Shown here: positions 35,500-44,554 of the stretch, piece by piece
Numbering within the stretch: the stretch's first letter is position 1
Layout of the letters: the number at the start of each line of letters is the position of its first letter
Assembly (NCBI GenBank): GCA_050951325.1
Contig: JBMNIW010000009.1
Coordinates: forward strand, 19,675-83,674
DNA: 64,000 nucleotides
From: Clostridia bacterium
Lineage (GTDB): Bacteria > Bacillota > Clostridia > UBA1212 > DUPL01
Direction of reading: 5' to 3'
Notes under the pieces: model-generated
Told to the model about the DNA's origin: nothing
What the model saw: the letters and a program-made list of their open reading frames with translations, nothing else
Database searches by the model: none
Made by a program: the position numbers and the translations under genes

Positions 35500-37263
35500 A
35501 TGGATCAAAAGTTTATGTTCAGTCTCTTGTGGCCTGACTACTTCGAAGGTAAGAAAATGGAAGACAGGATAAGAAGTGGTGATGGCAAACTGTATAATCA
35601 GGATTTTCTAGAAAGAGACATGAACGTGGAAATGCTACTAGAAGGCATGGAAGTAAAAAATGAAAGCAGACCCTACGTTAAAGCCCGCTTGATGGACATG
35701 GTTCTCGACGAGAAAATTATCAAGTATCGACAAGATATCCTTCAGGATTTTCTTGACTATCCGGAAATCCAACAAGCCTTTGACCTGGAACTGATGCCGC
35801 TTGTTATCAATCTGAATAAAATGCAGAAAACCAACATATCCCATGACGACGACATCAGAAAAATTGCATGGCGACTCGAAATTCTCAGGGTGTACACCCA
35901 GTGTGTCACGATACTGCATCGTGTCTTTTGCAGCAAAGATAGAGATTTCACATCTGAAGGACTGCAGAGACTTCAATCAATTATTTCCAGCATTGTAGAA
36001 AACGAAGGATATAAGGAACTGGTAAGACTTTTGCCTGATTTGCATGAAAAGCTGCAGACAATGTCCGGTGTAACTCTTGGTGTCAATCTGGACCATGAAT
36101 TAAGACCAACCGAGGCTGTTTTGTTGTCCATTGAACCAAAACCTTTTAGAAACAAGGCTCTCTTAACGTCAATTTTTGGAACTAGACGAAATGATGAAAT
36201 GTATCATGGAATTGGAACGTTTTATTCAATTCTTAAAGATACTACAGCCAATGCTCTTGACCAAGCGATAATGAGGGACCTGGCTTATGTCATGGAAGAT
36301 ACTTTCAGACACATGGCCATGGTACTCAACCGCTTTGCCTGGGTTGAAACCGCATTCATTTTTGATTTGGTTCCAGAAGTCTACTACTACATCGGCGGCA
36401 GTAACCTGGCACGCAACCTCTTGGAAGGCGGAATGCCTGTATGCTTCCCTACTCCAATGCCAGCGGAAGACAGAGTATTTATAGTAAAGGATCTTTACGA
36501 TGCAAGCTTTGCTATACGAATTCTCTCCGATACTGGAATAAAGGCACTTCACAACATTATCGTCACCAACAATGCAAGAATGTGCGACGACCCGGGAAGA
36601 CTGCTCATACTTACTGGTGCGAACCAGGGCGGAAAGACCACCTTTACAAGAGCAGTTGGCATTGCGCAGATTCTGTTCCAGGCTGGTCTTCCAATACCAG
36701 GCACCGAAGGAAAAATCAGTCCTGTGGATAATATATACACTCACTTCCCTGAGCTTGAGAAGAACTCCATCAGCGAAGGCCGTTTGGGTGAAGAGTGCGT
36801 AAGGCTTGAAGGCATTCTGCCAAGACTTACAAAGTACAGCATGATACTCATGAACGAATCACTGTCAAGTACCAGCCACCAGGAAAGCCTGACTATTGCT
36901 GAGGAAATCATGAAATACCTCAGAACCATCGGTGCAAGAGGCGTATTTGCAACCCATATGCATGAACTTGCAGAAGATTTGAATGAGATTAACAAACAGT
37001 CTGCCCTCAGCAACCTAGTAAGCCTTGTGGCAGGTGTTGATGAAGAACAGCAAATGGAGGTAATGACGGAAGAAGGCATTAAGACATTCAGAGGCTCCAA
37101 GAGAACGTACAAGATTGTCGAATCTCCACCACAAGGAAGAAGCTTTGCTCTTGACATTGCAAGAACGTACGGAATTACCTTTGAACAATTGCTTGATTCA
37201 CATAAAAACAGACATGAACTGGGTGTGGAGGAAGAAACTCCTCTCCCAAGAAGGATAGTATAG
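35500..37263 (+). CDS. MutS-related ATPase (MutS core and ABC ATPase domains only)
   Basis: 587 aa. Walker A is LTGANQGGKTTFTRAVG. The MutS signature region reads ILMNESLSSTS (N in place of the usual Walker B D), with FATHMHELA downstream. It has no GxFYE mismatch-binding N-terminus and no C-terminal Smr domain. Confidence 0.8.
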   Translation: MDQKFMFSLLWPDYFEGKKMEDRIRSGDGKLYNQDFLERDMNVEMLLEGMEVKNESRPYVKARLMDMVLDEKIIKYRQDILQDFLDYPEIQQAFDLELMPLVINLNKMQKTNISHDDDIRKIAWRLEILRVYTQCVTILHRVFCSKDRDFTSEGLQRLQSIISSIVENEGYKELVRLLPDLHEKLQTMSGVTLGVNLDHELRPTEAVLLSIEPKPFRNKALLTSIFGTRRNDEMYHGIGTFYSILKDTTANALDQAIMRDLAYVMEDTFRHMAMVLNRFAWVETAFIFDLVPEVYYYIGGSNLARNLLEGGMPVCFPTPMPAEDRVFIVKDLYDASFAIRILSDTGIKALHNIIVTNNARMCDDPGRLLILTGANQGGKTTFTRAVGIAQILFQAGLPIPGTEGKISPVDNIYTHFPELEKNSISEGRLGEECVRLEGILPRLTKYSMILMNESLSSTSHQESLTIAEEIMKYLRTIGARGVFATHMHELAEDLNEINKQSALSNLVSLVAGVDEEQQMEVMTEEGIKTFRGSKRTYKIVESPPQGRSFALDIARTYGITFEQLLDSHKNRHELGVEEETPLPRRIV

Positions 37264-37278
37264 GGTGAAATTTAATAT

Positions 37279-38490
37279 ATGAAATATGTTGTAGTATTAG
37301 GTGACGGAATGGCTGATTACCCAGTGAAAGAGCTGGGCTATAAGACACCATTGCAATATGCCAACAAGCCAAACATGGACAAGCTTGCTTCATCAGGTGA
37401 ATTGGGACTTGTGAATACCGTGCCCTTGAACATGAAGATACCTGGCAGCGATATAGCCAACATGTCGGTTTTGGGATACGATCCTGAAAAATACTATACA
37501 GGACGCTCCCCTCTTGAAGCTGTAAGTATGAATATCGATTTAGGAGAAGATGATCTGGCTGTACGATGCAATCTGGTAACACTCAGCGCTGAAGAGAACT
37601 ATGAGGACAAAACCATGGTTGACTACAGCAGTGACGAGATTACATCGGAAGAGGCAGCCGAACTTATTAAACTGGTTGACGAAAAGCTTGGCAGCAATAC
37701 CATCAGATTCCATGCCGGAGTCAGCTACAGGCACTGCATGGTTTGGAAATTGAAAGAAGATTCAAACCTTGACCTGACACCTCCCCATGACATATCAACA
37801 AAAAAGATTGCCAATTACCTGCCCAAAACAGAACAAGGAAAAATCCTTCTTGAACTTATGAAGGAAAGCGAAAAGCTTCTTAAGGATCACCCCATAAACA
37901 AAGACAGAATAAAGAGGGGTTTGAATCCTGCAAACTCCATCTGGCTTTGGGGCGAAGGGAGAAAGCCTTATCTTGACAGCTTTTATAACAAGTACAAGTT
38001 AAAGGGAGCGGTTGTATCAGCAGTTGACTTAATCAAGGGTATAGGTTTGTGTGCAGGCCTTAAGCCACTTTATGTAAAAGGTGCAACGGGCAACATCAAC
38101 ACGGACTTTTCCGCAAAAGCTCAAATTGCAATTGACTACCTTCTCAATGAAGGAGACTTTGTTTACATACATGTGGAAGCCCCGGATGAATGTGGGCACA
38201 GGCATGAAATCGAGAACAAGGTAAGAGCAATTGAGCTTATTGACGAGAAAGTGGTTGGTCCGATACTTGAGCAAATGGAAAAACAGGGCGACTTCAAGAT
38301 TATGATACTGCCCGACCATGCAACTCCATTGTCACTAAGAACCCACACCCACGATCCGGTGCCTTACATTATATATGACAGCACCAATATAAATAAATCG
38401 TCAAATCTCAATTATGACGAGGAAAGCGCAAAGAAAACGAACTTGATAATAGAAAAAGGTCACAAATTAATGGACCGTTTTCTAAAATAA
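37279..38490 (+). CDS. apgM: Cofactor-independent phosphoglycerate mutase, archaeal-type (ApgM family; some members proposed as homoserine kinases)
   Basis: The N-terminus is MKYVVVLGDGMADYPVKELGYKTPLQYANKPNMD, with metalloenzyme motifs (HVEAPDECGHRHE, LPDHATP). Confidence 0.85.
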   Translation: MKYVVVLGDGMADYPVKELGYKTPLQYANKPNMDKLASSGELGLVNTVPLNMKIPGSDIANMSVLGYDPEKYYTGRSPLEAVSMNIDLGEDDLAVRCNLVTLSAEENYEDKTMVDYSSDEITSEEAAELIKLVDEKLGSNTIRFHAGVSYRHCMVWKLKEDSNLDLTPPHDISTKKIANYLPKTEQGKILLELMKESEKLLKDHPINKDRIKRGLNPANSIWLWGEGRKPYLDSFYNKYKLKGAVVSAVDLIKGIGLCAGLKPLYVKGATGNINTDFSAKAQIAIDYLLNEGDFVYIHVEAPDECGHRHEIENKVRAIELIDEKVVGPILEQMEKQGDFKIMILPDHATPLSLRTHTHDPVPYIIYDSTNINKSSNLNYDEESAKKTNLIIEKGHKLMDRFLK

Positions 38491-38494
38491 CACC

Positions 38495-38527
38495 AAAAAA
38501 GATAGGATTAATATCCTATCTTTTTTG
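38495..38527. terminator. Bidirectional rho-independent terminator
   Basis: The hairpin GATAGGAT-taat-ATCCTATC (38501-38520) has an A6 run upstream and a T6 run downstream. It sits between the convergent genes. Confidence 0.75.
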
Positions 38528-39196
38528 ATTTATCAAACTCTCAATTCTTCTTTCAATTTCCTCAGCGATCTCCTCTATCGGTCTCATCCTGCCATCAACA
38601 GTACAATCGAGCAGCCATACATTGTCAAAATGCTTTGCAGCTTCAATATACCCTTGTCTTACCTTGTCAAGAAGTTCCCTGTTCTTCTCATAGACATCGG
38701 CACTATCGCCTACATAGTCCCTGTGCCCTTTTAAGGAAACATTCCTTCTTGAATTGTCAGTAGTTACATCAAACACAATAAACAAGTCAGGTTTTGGTAT
38801 CTCAAGAATCCCATACTCAAGCTCATGAATCCAAGCTATCAAATCCCTCTTCTTTTCATCACAAGTTCTGTTGCTTTGATACACCGCATTGGACAAAGTG
38901 GATCTGTTAAGAAGAACAATGTCATATACGGACAAATCCGTATTTTTGAAAGCAAGCCATCTATCCATGGCGTACCAAAGGGACATGGATTTAACATCCA
39001 TGTTACTGGCAGTAGTTTCCTCTTTTCCAGAAAGAAAAATGCCTATTTCCTTTCCAAAAAAGGAGTCATAAACAGGGAAATCCAAAACCCCTACCCTATA
39101 GCCTTTTCTTGAAAGCCTCTCACTAGCTTCCTTTAGCTGCACTCCTTTTCCACTGCCATCAATGCCTTCAAAAGCAATGATTAAGGTTTTTTTCAT
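38516..39196 (-). CDS. Thymidylate kinase-like P-loop kinase (atypical P-loop)
   Basis: I chose the start MKKTLIIAFEGIDGSGKG at 39196 because of an AAGGAG SD. It has the dTMP-kinase layout (P-loop, AMDRW DR motif, LID-like region). The P-loop reads GSGKGV, whereas I expect GxGK followed by T or S. Confidence 0.7.
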   Translation of the reverse strand: MKKTLIIAFEGIDGSGKGVQLKEASERLSRKGYRVGVLDFPVYDSFFGKEIGIFLSGKEETTASNMDVKSMSLWYAMDRWLAFKNTDLSVYDIVLLNRSTLSNAVYQSNRTCDEKKRDLIAWIHELEYGILEIPKPDLFIVFDVTTDNSRRNVSLKGHRDYVGDSADVYEKNRELLDKVRQGYIEAAKHFDNVWLLDCTVDGRMRPIEEIAEEIERRIESLINQKR

Positions 39197-39215
39197 TTCA
39201 CTACTCCTTGCCAAA

Positions 39216-40082
39216 TTAAAATCCATTGTTCAAATAATAGTATATCTCACTGTTGGTGACAAATATCAGGTCTTCCGCTTCAGACAGTTTTTTGAGTATG
39301 CTTTCAAACTCATCCCAACTGTCATATAAATCAAACTCCCAGGAATGACCCCATACATAAAGAAGCATATCCTCCTTTGCTTCCTGTGATATGAACTTGT
39401 CAACAAGATTCTTCACTTCAGACTGGTGACAAGTAGGTCTCCATATCATAAAATTGTTGGGCATGGTAAAACGATAGGTTGAAGATGTTTCTCTTGCATA
39501 CTTTATTTCCGTATTATTCTGTATTACATCAATAACCCTGCGGTTGTAAAACGGTCCTCCAGGATAGGCCATGCCTATCACCTTTTGTCCCATAACTTCC
39601 TGAATTGTATTGAAATCATCATTCACTTCCTTAATTATATCCTCATCTTCCAAGGTTCTTAAATCAGGATGATTTACTGTATGCACGGCAACTTCATGTC
39701 CTTCATACACACTTTTGATTTCCTCGGCTGATAGCTTGGTGAAGTCCACATTACCGTCCTGCAAATTTAAAGTACCTTCCACCCCTAGTGAACCGGTATT
39801 TATGTTGAATGTGCACTTAATACCATATTTGTTGAACAACTCAGCCAGCCTTTTGTCCTGAACTGTTCCGTCATCAAAACTAAAAGTCACAAACTTATGC
39901 GGCTTGCTCTTGTCCAAACTCTTGATAAAATCAGACACGGGTTCTCTCAAGGTTTCCGTCACAGGTGGCTCTTCCGTAGGCTCGATAATATCTTCTTTTT
40001 TTTCTTCGTTGGCTTTCGTACATGAACCAAGCACAAAACACATAGTTAATGCAATAAAAACTTTGAAAAACTTTGTAACCAT
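39216..40082 (-). CDS. Polysaccharide deacetylase (CE4) lipoprotein
   Basis: It has a lipobox (VLGSC), a Pro/Glu/Thr linker and NodB-type motifs (VTFSFDDG, HTVNHPDL, YPGG). Confidence 0.85.
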   Translation of the reverse strand: MVTKFFKVFIALTMCFVLGSCTKANEEKKEDIIEPTEEPPVTETLREPVSDFIKSLDKSKPHKFVTFSFDDGTVQDKRLAELFNKYGIKCTFNINTGSLGVEGTLNLQDGNVDFTKLSAEEIKSVYEGHEVAVHTVNHPDLRTLEDEDIIKEVNDDFNTIQEVMGQKVIGMAYPGGPFYNRRVIDVIQNNTEIKYARETSSTYRFTMPNNFMIWRPTCHQSEVKNLVDKFISQEAKEDMLLYVWGHSWEFDLYDSWDEFESILKKLSEAEDLIFVTNSEIYYYLNNGF

Positions 40083-40160
40083 ATATCCTCCAAAAAAAAG
40101 TAATCATCCTCTAGTTTAGCACCAGAAAAAACATAAAACAAGAGGCACATGCCCCTTTTA

Positions 40161-41603
40161 TCACAAATTATACCAGATACAAACCTCACTTTCAGAGACA
40201 GTTATCTTCTCAACCACAATCTTTACTATCTTCCTCTTTACTTCCCCGCTTAAATCCTTATATGATTTTAATGTTTTAAGAAGCAAATTAAGAGATTCTG
40301 TTTTATTCTCCACAGCCCGTTCCAGTCTATCAATTTCATCCTTGTACCTTTCTATTGCAGACTTAAGCTCAAGGTTCATACTGTCGTACATATCCGCAGT
40401 AATACGTCCATCAAGTCTGTCATAGTACAATATTTTCTGTTTTCTCAAAGAGGATTCAATAAGATTTCTTAATATATTTATTTCCTCATCCCTCTCTTCA
40501 TTTATCTGTGCCAGCTCTTCAATACAGTTAGGATTACTCTTTACATAATCACTCAGCACCATATAAATATCGGAAAAAACAATATTGGATAAATAACTCT
40601 CACTTACAAAATGTCTTGAACAAGCAGCCCTGCCTTGTTTTTCATAAGTCTGACATGTATATCCATCCGCTCCTTTTGTCTGTTTTCTGGAATACATCCT
40701 TTTATTGCAGTCAGCACAAAATACAAGACCTTTGAAAATACTTAATCCACCCTTGTGATTTCCACTACCTTTTTGTCTTTTAATTCTTTCCTTTTGAACC
40801 TTGTCAAATGTTTCTTCGTCGATAATTGGTTCATGGGTGTTTTTTGTAATCACCCACTCGGACTTGGGCAACCTTCTTGTTTTCTTGCTTTTATAGCTGA
40901 CTCTTTCACTTACTCCCTGCACGGTATCTCCCACATAGACGCGGCTTGTCAGGATTCTTTTTATTTGCGTTACGTTCCATTTCTTCTTGCCAATACCTTT
41001 TTCCTCAAGTATTTCGGAAATCTTCTTGTATCCATAACCTTCAAGATACAACTTATATATCTCCCTAACCACAAAAGCTTCCTCTTCACAAACTTCCAGC
41101 TTGTTTCTAACGTCCTTTGATTTTACATAACCATAAGGAGGATTCCCAATATATTCTCCCCTTTCAATCTTATGTCTCAAATTCGCCCTAATTTTTCTTG
41201 ATATGTCAATTACATATCTTTCATTAAACCAGCTGTCTATACCTACAGTCTCAGCATCCCTCAAAGAATCATATCTTCCGTCATAAGTTAGAACCCTTAC
41301 TCCATACTCTTCCACACTTTCAAGAAAAAGAAGCGTTCTGGCATTGCTTCTCCCAAGCCTTGACAAGTCTTTAGCAACAAGAATGTCAAACTTTCCAAAG
41401 GATGCATCTTCAATTAGTTTCTTAATGCCAGGACGCTCAAAGTTGATACCCGAGTAATTGTCATCCTCATATACTTTATATACAGCGCCTAAATTTTTTT
41501 CTTCAACAAATTTCTCTAAAAGACTTTTCTGTGTTTCGATGGTTTCATAAGACAATCCAAGGTCATCCCTGCTCTCCCTTACATAAATGGCTACCTTTTT
41601 CAT
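40161..41603 (-). CDS. Large serine recombinase (resolvase/invertase N-domain, recombinase domain, zinc ribbon and coiled coil)
   Basis: 480 aa. The N-terminal catalytic domain reads KVAIYVRESRDD...LVAKDLSRLGRS. A central recombinase domain follows, then a Cys cluster (CADCNKRM...CQTYEKQGRAAC). Confidence 0.88.
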   Translation of the reverse strand: MKKVAIYVRESRDDLGLSYETIETQKSLLEKFVEEKNLGAVYKVYEDDNYSGINFERPGIKKLIEDASFGKFDILVAKDLSRLGRSNARTLLFLESVEEYGVRVLTYDGRYDSLRDAETVGIDSWFNERYVIDISRKIRANLRHKIERGEYIGNPPYGYVKSKDVRNKLEVCEEEAFVVREIYKLYLEGYGYKKISEILEEKGIGKKKWNVTQIKRILTSRVYVGDTVQGVSERVSYKSKKTRRLPKSEWVITKNTHEPIIDEETFDKVQKERIKRQKGSGNHKGGLSIFKGLVFCADCNKRMYSRKQTKGADGYTCQTYEKQGRAACSRHFVSESYLSNIVFSDIYMVLSDYVKSNPNCIEELAQINEERDEEINILRNLIESSLRKQKILYYDRLDGRITADMYDSMNLELKSAIERYKDEIDRLERAVENKTESLNLLLKTLKSYKDLSGEVKRKIVKIVVEKITVSESEVCIWYNL

Positions 41604-41688
41604 TAAACAATCACCTAAATGTCAATATCCACAATCAAAGACAAAAGGGCGAGCAGGGATTCCTTCACACAACCTTTATAGACTCTCT

Positions 41689-41750
41689 TTATCTCATATT
41701 TCATCAAGAATCATCCTTGACAATTCGTTTAATTAATATATATGAGATAA
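41689..41750. repeat. 11-bp perfect inverted repeat flanking a 40-bp AT-rich spacer
   Basis: TTATCTCATAT (41689-41699) and ATATGAGATAA (41740-41750). They lie between the recombinase start (41603) and the stop of the next gene (41759). Confidence 0.8.
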
Positions 41751-41758
41751 TAAGAAAG

Positions 41759-43207
41759 CTATTCTTGTTCAAACATCATGGACATGACATAAAAATCACT
41801 AAAATACTTGCTGTTGGCAAGCTCAATGTAGTCTACAGCCTTGCTTATATCAATTGCAGCATTCAAAAGACTTTCTTCAAGTAATATTTGACTGGCTCCC
41901 TTTCCTGAAGAATTTCCACATGAACTTATCTTCCCTCTAAACTCATATGGAAGAAGAGTTGCATCAATTGCACTATTTATGTCAATATAGCTGCCGAAAC
42001 CTCCCGCTAACAGAACTTCATCTATCTCCTCAAGAGAAATGCCTGCATGTTTTGCAATAACACGTATACCGGCACCTATGGCAGCCTTTGCATTCTGAAA
42101 CTCCCTTACATCCCTTGTGGTAAGGTATATGCCAGGACTTACTTCAAAGTCTTCCTCCATGAAACCAGTTTCATCTATCAGTTCCATGTTTACAAGACAA
42201 GCAATCAAATCAATCAGACCACTTCCGCAAATTCCTCTAGCCTTTTCATTGCCCAGTGTATATACGTTCAAAGCCCCATCCTCTTTCATCTCAACCTTGC
42301 AGATGGCTCCTGTAACACCACCCATCCCGTACTTTATATTCGCTCCTTCAAACGCCGGACCACAGGCGGTTGATGCTCCAATTAATTTACCCCTGTTGTT
42401 CAAAACCATTTCACCATTCGTACCCATGTCTATAAGTAAAATATTTTTGTCGCTCTTGTACATGCCAGTAGACAGAACACCTGCCGTAATATCTCCACCT
42501 ATAAATGCGGATATGGAGGGTGTCAAAATCACCTTTTCCACTCCCAAACCAAGTTCATCATTGGTGAATATCTTTGCATCGGTAAACACAGGCACATAGG
42601 GTGCAATAGCAATGGTTTTTGTCTCTTCTCCTACCAGAAAATGCAGCATGGTGGTGTTTCCTGCAATAACACAAATTGAAATGTTGTCAAACCTGGAAAG
42701 CAGTTTCTTAAGACAGGATATAATCAAAGCCTGCATTACCTTTGTTCCGTTATTGTTATTGATGGTGTAATCTATTCTCGAAATAACGTCAGCACCATGT
42801 TTTGCCTGCGGATTCAGGCAGGAATCTACATGGATTAATTCCTTTGTTTCAAGGTCGTAAAAATAGGCAGCGATGGTGGTAGTGCCAATATCTATGGCAG
42901 CACCAACCTTTTCACTGAAAGGATTATCACCCAATGTCATGTCATCGGATAGTGTAAGTACATACGCCTCAGCCTTTTCAGTTGCGTATTCAGGTAGGGT
43001 TACCTTATGACTGGAATTTACCTTGAACATGCAGGACAAAACATCTTCACCATCCACGTTGACCTTGCACTTGTTGCAGGTTCCCTTGCCGCCGCAAGTT
43101 GCATTTATCCTGTATCCTGCCTCTGTTAATATGTCAAACAAGAGTCTTCCGTTTTCCGCTTCGATTTCCTTTAGCAAGTTTCCTTTTGTATCATAAATGG
43201 TCAGCAT
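41759..43207 (-). CDS. 2Fe-2S ferredoxin / ASKHA ATPase fusion (DUF4445; RACo-like reductive activator of corrinoid proteins)
   Basis: I chose the start MLTIYDTKG at 43207 because of an AGGTGA SD. The N-terminus is plant-type ferredoxin-like (CGGKGTCNKCKV...SC), followed by ASKHA phosphate motifs (AIDIGTTTIAAY, LLIDMGTNGE). Confidence 0.8.
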   Translation of the reverse strand: MLTIYDTKGNLLKEIEAENGRLLFDILTEAGYRINATCGGKGTCNKCKVNVDGEDVLSCMFKVNSSHKVTLPEYATEKAEAYVLTLSDDMTLGDNPFSEKVGAAIDIGTTTIAAYFYDLETKELIHVDSCLNPQAKHGADVISRIDYTINNNNGTKVMQALIISCLKKLLSRFDNISICVIAGNTTMLHFLVGEETKTIAIAPYVPVFTDAKIFTNDELGLGVEKVILTPSISAFIGGDITAGVLSTGMYKSDKNILLIDMGTNGEMVLNNRGKLIGASTACGPAFEGANIKYGMGGVTGAICKVEMKEDGALNVYTLGNEKARGICGSGLIDLIACLVNMELIDETGFMEEDFEVSPGIYLTTRDVREFQNAKAAIGAGIRVIAKHAGISLEEIDEVLLAGGFGSYIDINSAIDATLLPYEFRGKISSCGNSSGKGASQILLEESLLNAAIDISKAVDYIELANSKYFSDFYVMSMMFEQE

Positions 43208-43292
43208 TATAATCACCTTTTTCTTGTTTTTACATTTCGGATAGTATACACTAAGAATGAAATAAAATAAAGGGAGATACCAGGAGTTTTAT

Positions 43293-44495
43293 ATGACAAA
43301 CTGTGCAATTATATGTGAATACAATCCTTTTCACAACGGACATGCGCACCATATTGAAGAAACCAGAAGAAAAACAAACTGCAACTATATAATCTCCATT
43401 ATGAGCGGAAACTACGTTCAAAGAGGAGAGCCTGCCATTATGGACAAGTGGGAAAGAACAAGAGCAGCTCTAAAATGCGGTTCCGATCTTGTAATTGAAC
43501 TTCCCTTTATCTACGCCTGCTCAAGTGCGGAATATTTTGCAAATGCGGCGGTTGATATCATTAACAAAACCAATGTGGTTGATTATCTGTCTTTTGGCAG
43601 TGATTCAGGCGATCTTGATTATCTAAAAAACATTGCAGCAAAAAGAATCAACAAAAAATTAGACCTTACAGGTGAAATTGCCAAGGCATACAAGGAAGGC
43701 ATCTCATACCCCAAGGCAATGCAGCTGATATATGACGAGCCTGAGTTGAAATCAAACGACATCTTGGGTATTAGGTATCTTATGGCACTAGAAAAGTCAA
43801 AAAGTTCAGTGGAGCCTGTAACCATTAAAAGAAAAGGTTCTGAATACAAGGACAAGGCAATAACCAGCGAAACTCCCAGTGCTACTGCCATAAGGAAACA
43901 TATCACAGATTCTAAAGATTATAACCTTTTGTCAAAAGTAATGCCCAAGGAATCCATGCACATTCTTATGGAGGAAATTGAAAAAGGAAGGGCCCCTGTT
44001 ACCCTCAAGTCCTTTGAGAAACAGATACTATCGACTCTAAGAACACTAAAACCGAAGGGAATCGCTGACAAACCCCATATAACCCCCGGGCTTGAGTACA
44101 GACTCTACCAAAACGCCATGGAATGCTCAAACATTGATGAGGTAATAGACGCCACAGTAAGTAAAGTCTTTACAAGAACCAGAATCCAAAGACTTTTGAT
44201 TCATGCGCTCCATGGGGTAACAAAAGAAATGCATGCAAATTTCATGGACGTCCCTTATGTGCGAGTACTGGGTTTCAAGAAAAGAGCTGAACCTCTCTTG
44301 AAAAAAATTAACAGAAGCTGCAATGTCCCGGTAATATACAGGGCAAAAAAGGATTATGAAAACCTGACAGACAGAGGAAAAGCTCTTTTTGAGCTTGAAG
44401 CATTATCTACCGACATATATGTACTTGGATATCCAAATAATATGCACTCTAATGGAGGCCAGGAATTTTCGCGAAAAATTATTATAGTTGAGTGA
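43293..44495 (+). CDS. tmcAL: tRNA(Met) cytidine acetate ligase TmcAL (UPF0348/YlbM nucleotidyltransferase)
   Basis: The N-terminus IICEYNPFHNGHAHHIEETRRKT carries the HxGH nucleotidyltransferase motif, and the 400-aa length fits the family. Confidence 0.85.
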   Translation: MTNCAIICEYNPFHNGHAHHIEETRRKTNCNYIISIMSGNYVQRGEPAIMDKWERTRAALKCGSDLVIELPFIYACSSAEYFANAAVDIINKTNVVDYLSFGSDSGDLDYLKNIAAKRINKKLDLTGEIAKAYKEGISYPKAMQLIYDEPELKSNDILGIRYLMALEKSKSSVEPVTIKRKGSEYKDKAITSETPSATAIRKHITDSKDYNLLSKVMPKESMHILMEEIEKGRAPVTLKSFEKQILSTLRTLKPKGIADKPHITPGLEYRLYQNAMECSNIDEVIDATVSKVFTRTRIQRLLIHALHGVTKEMHANFMDVPYVRVLGFKKRAEPLLKKINRSCNVPVIYRAKKDYENLTDRGKALFELEALSTDIYVLGYPNNMHSNGGQEFSRKIIIVE

Positions 44496-44554
44496 TGCAC
44501 AATGAGTATCTATTCATCATAGGATAAACTAGAGCCTATGAAAGGAGTAGTTTA

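Noticed and set aside
36226-37157. 172-aa and 138-aa minus-strand ORFs inside the MutS-like gene.
   Set aside because: They are antisense to a frame carrying Walker A and MutS signature motifs, have no RBS, and are shadow ORFs.
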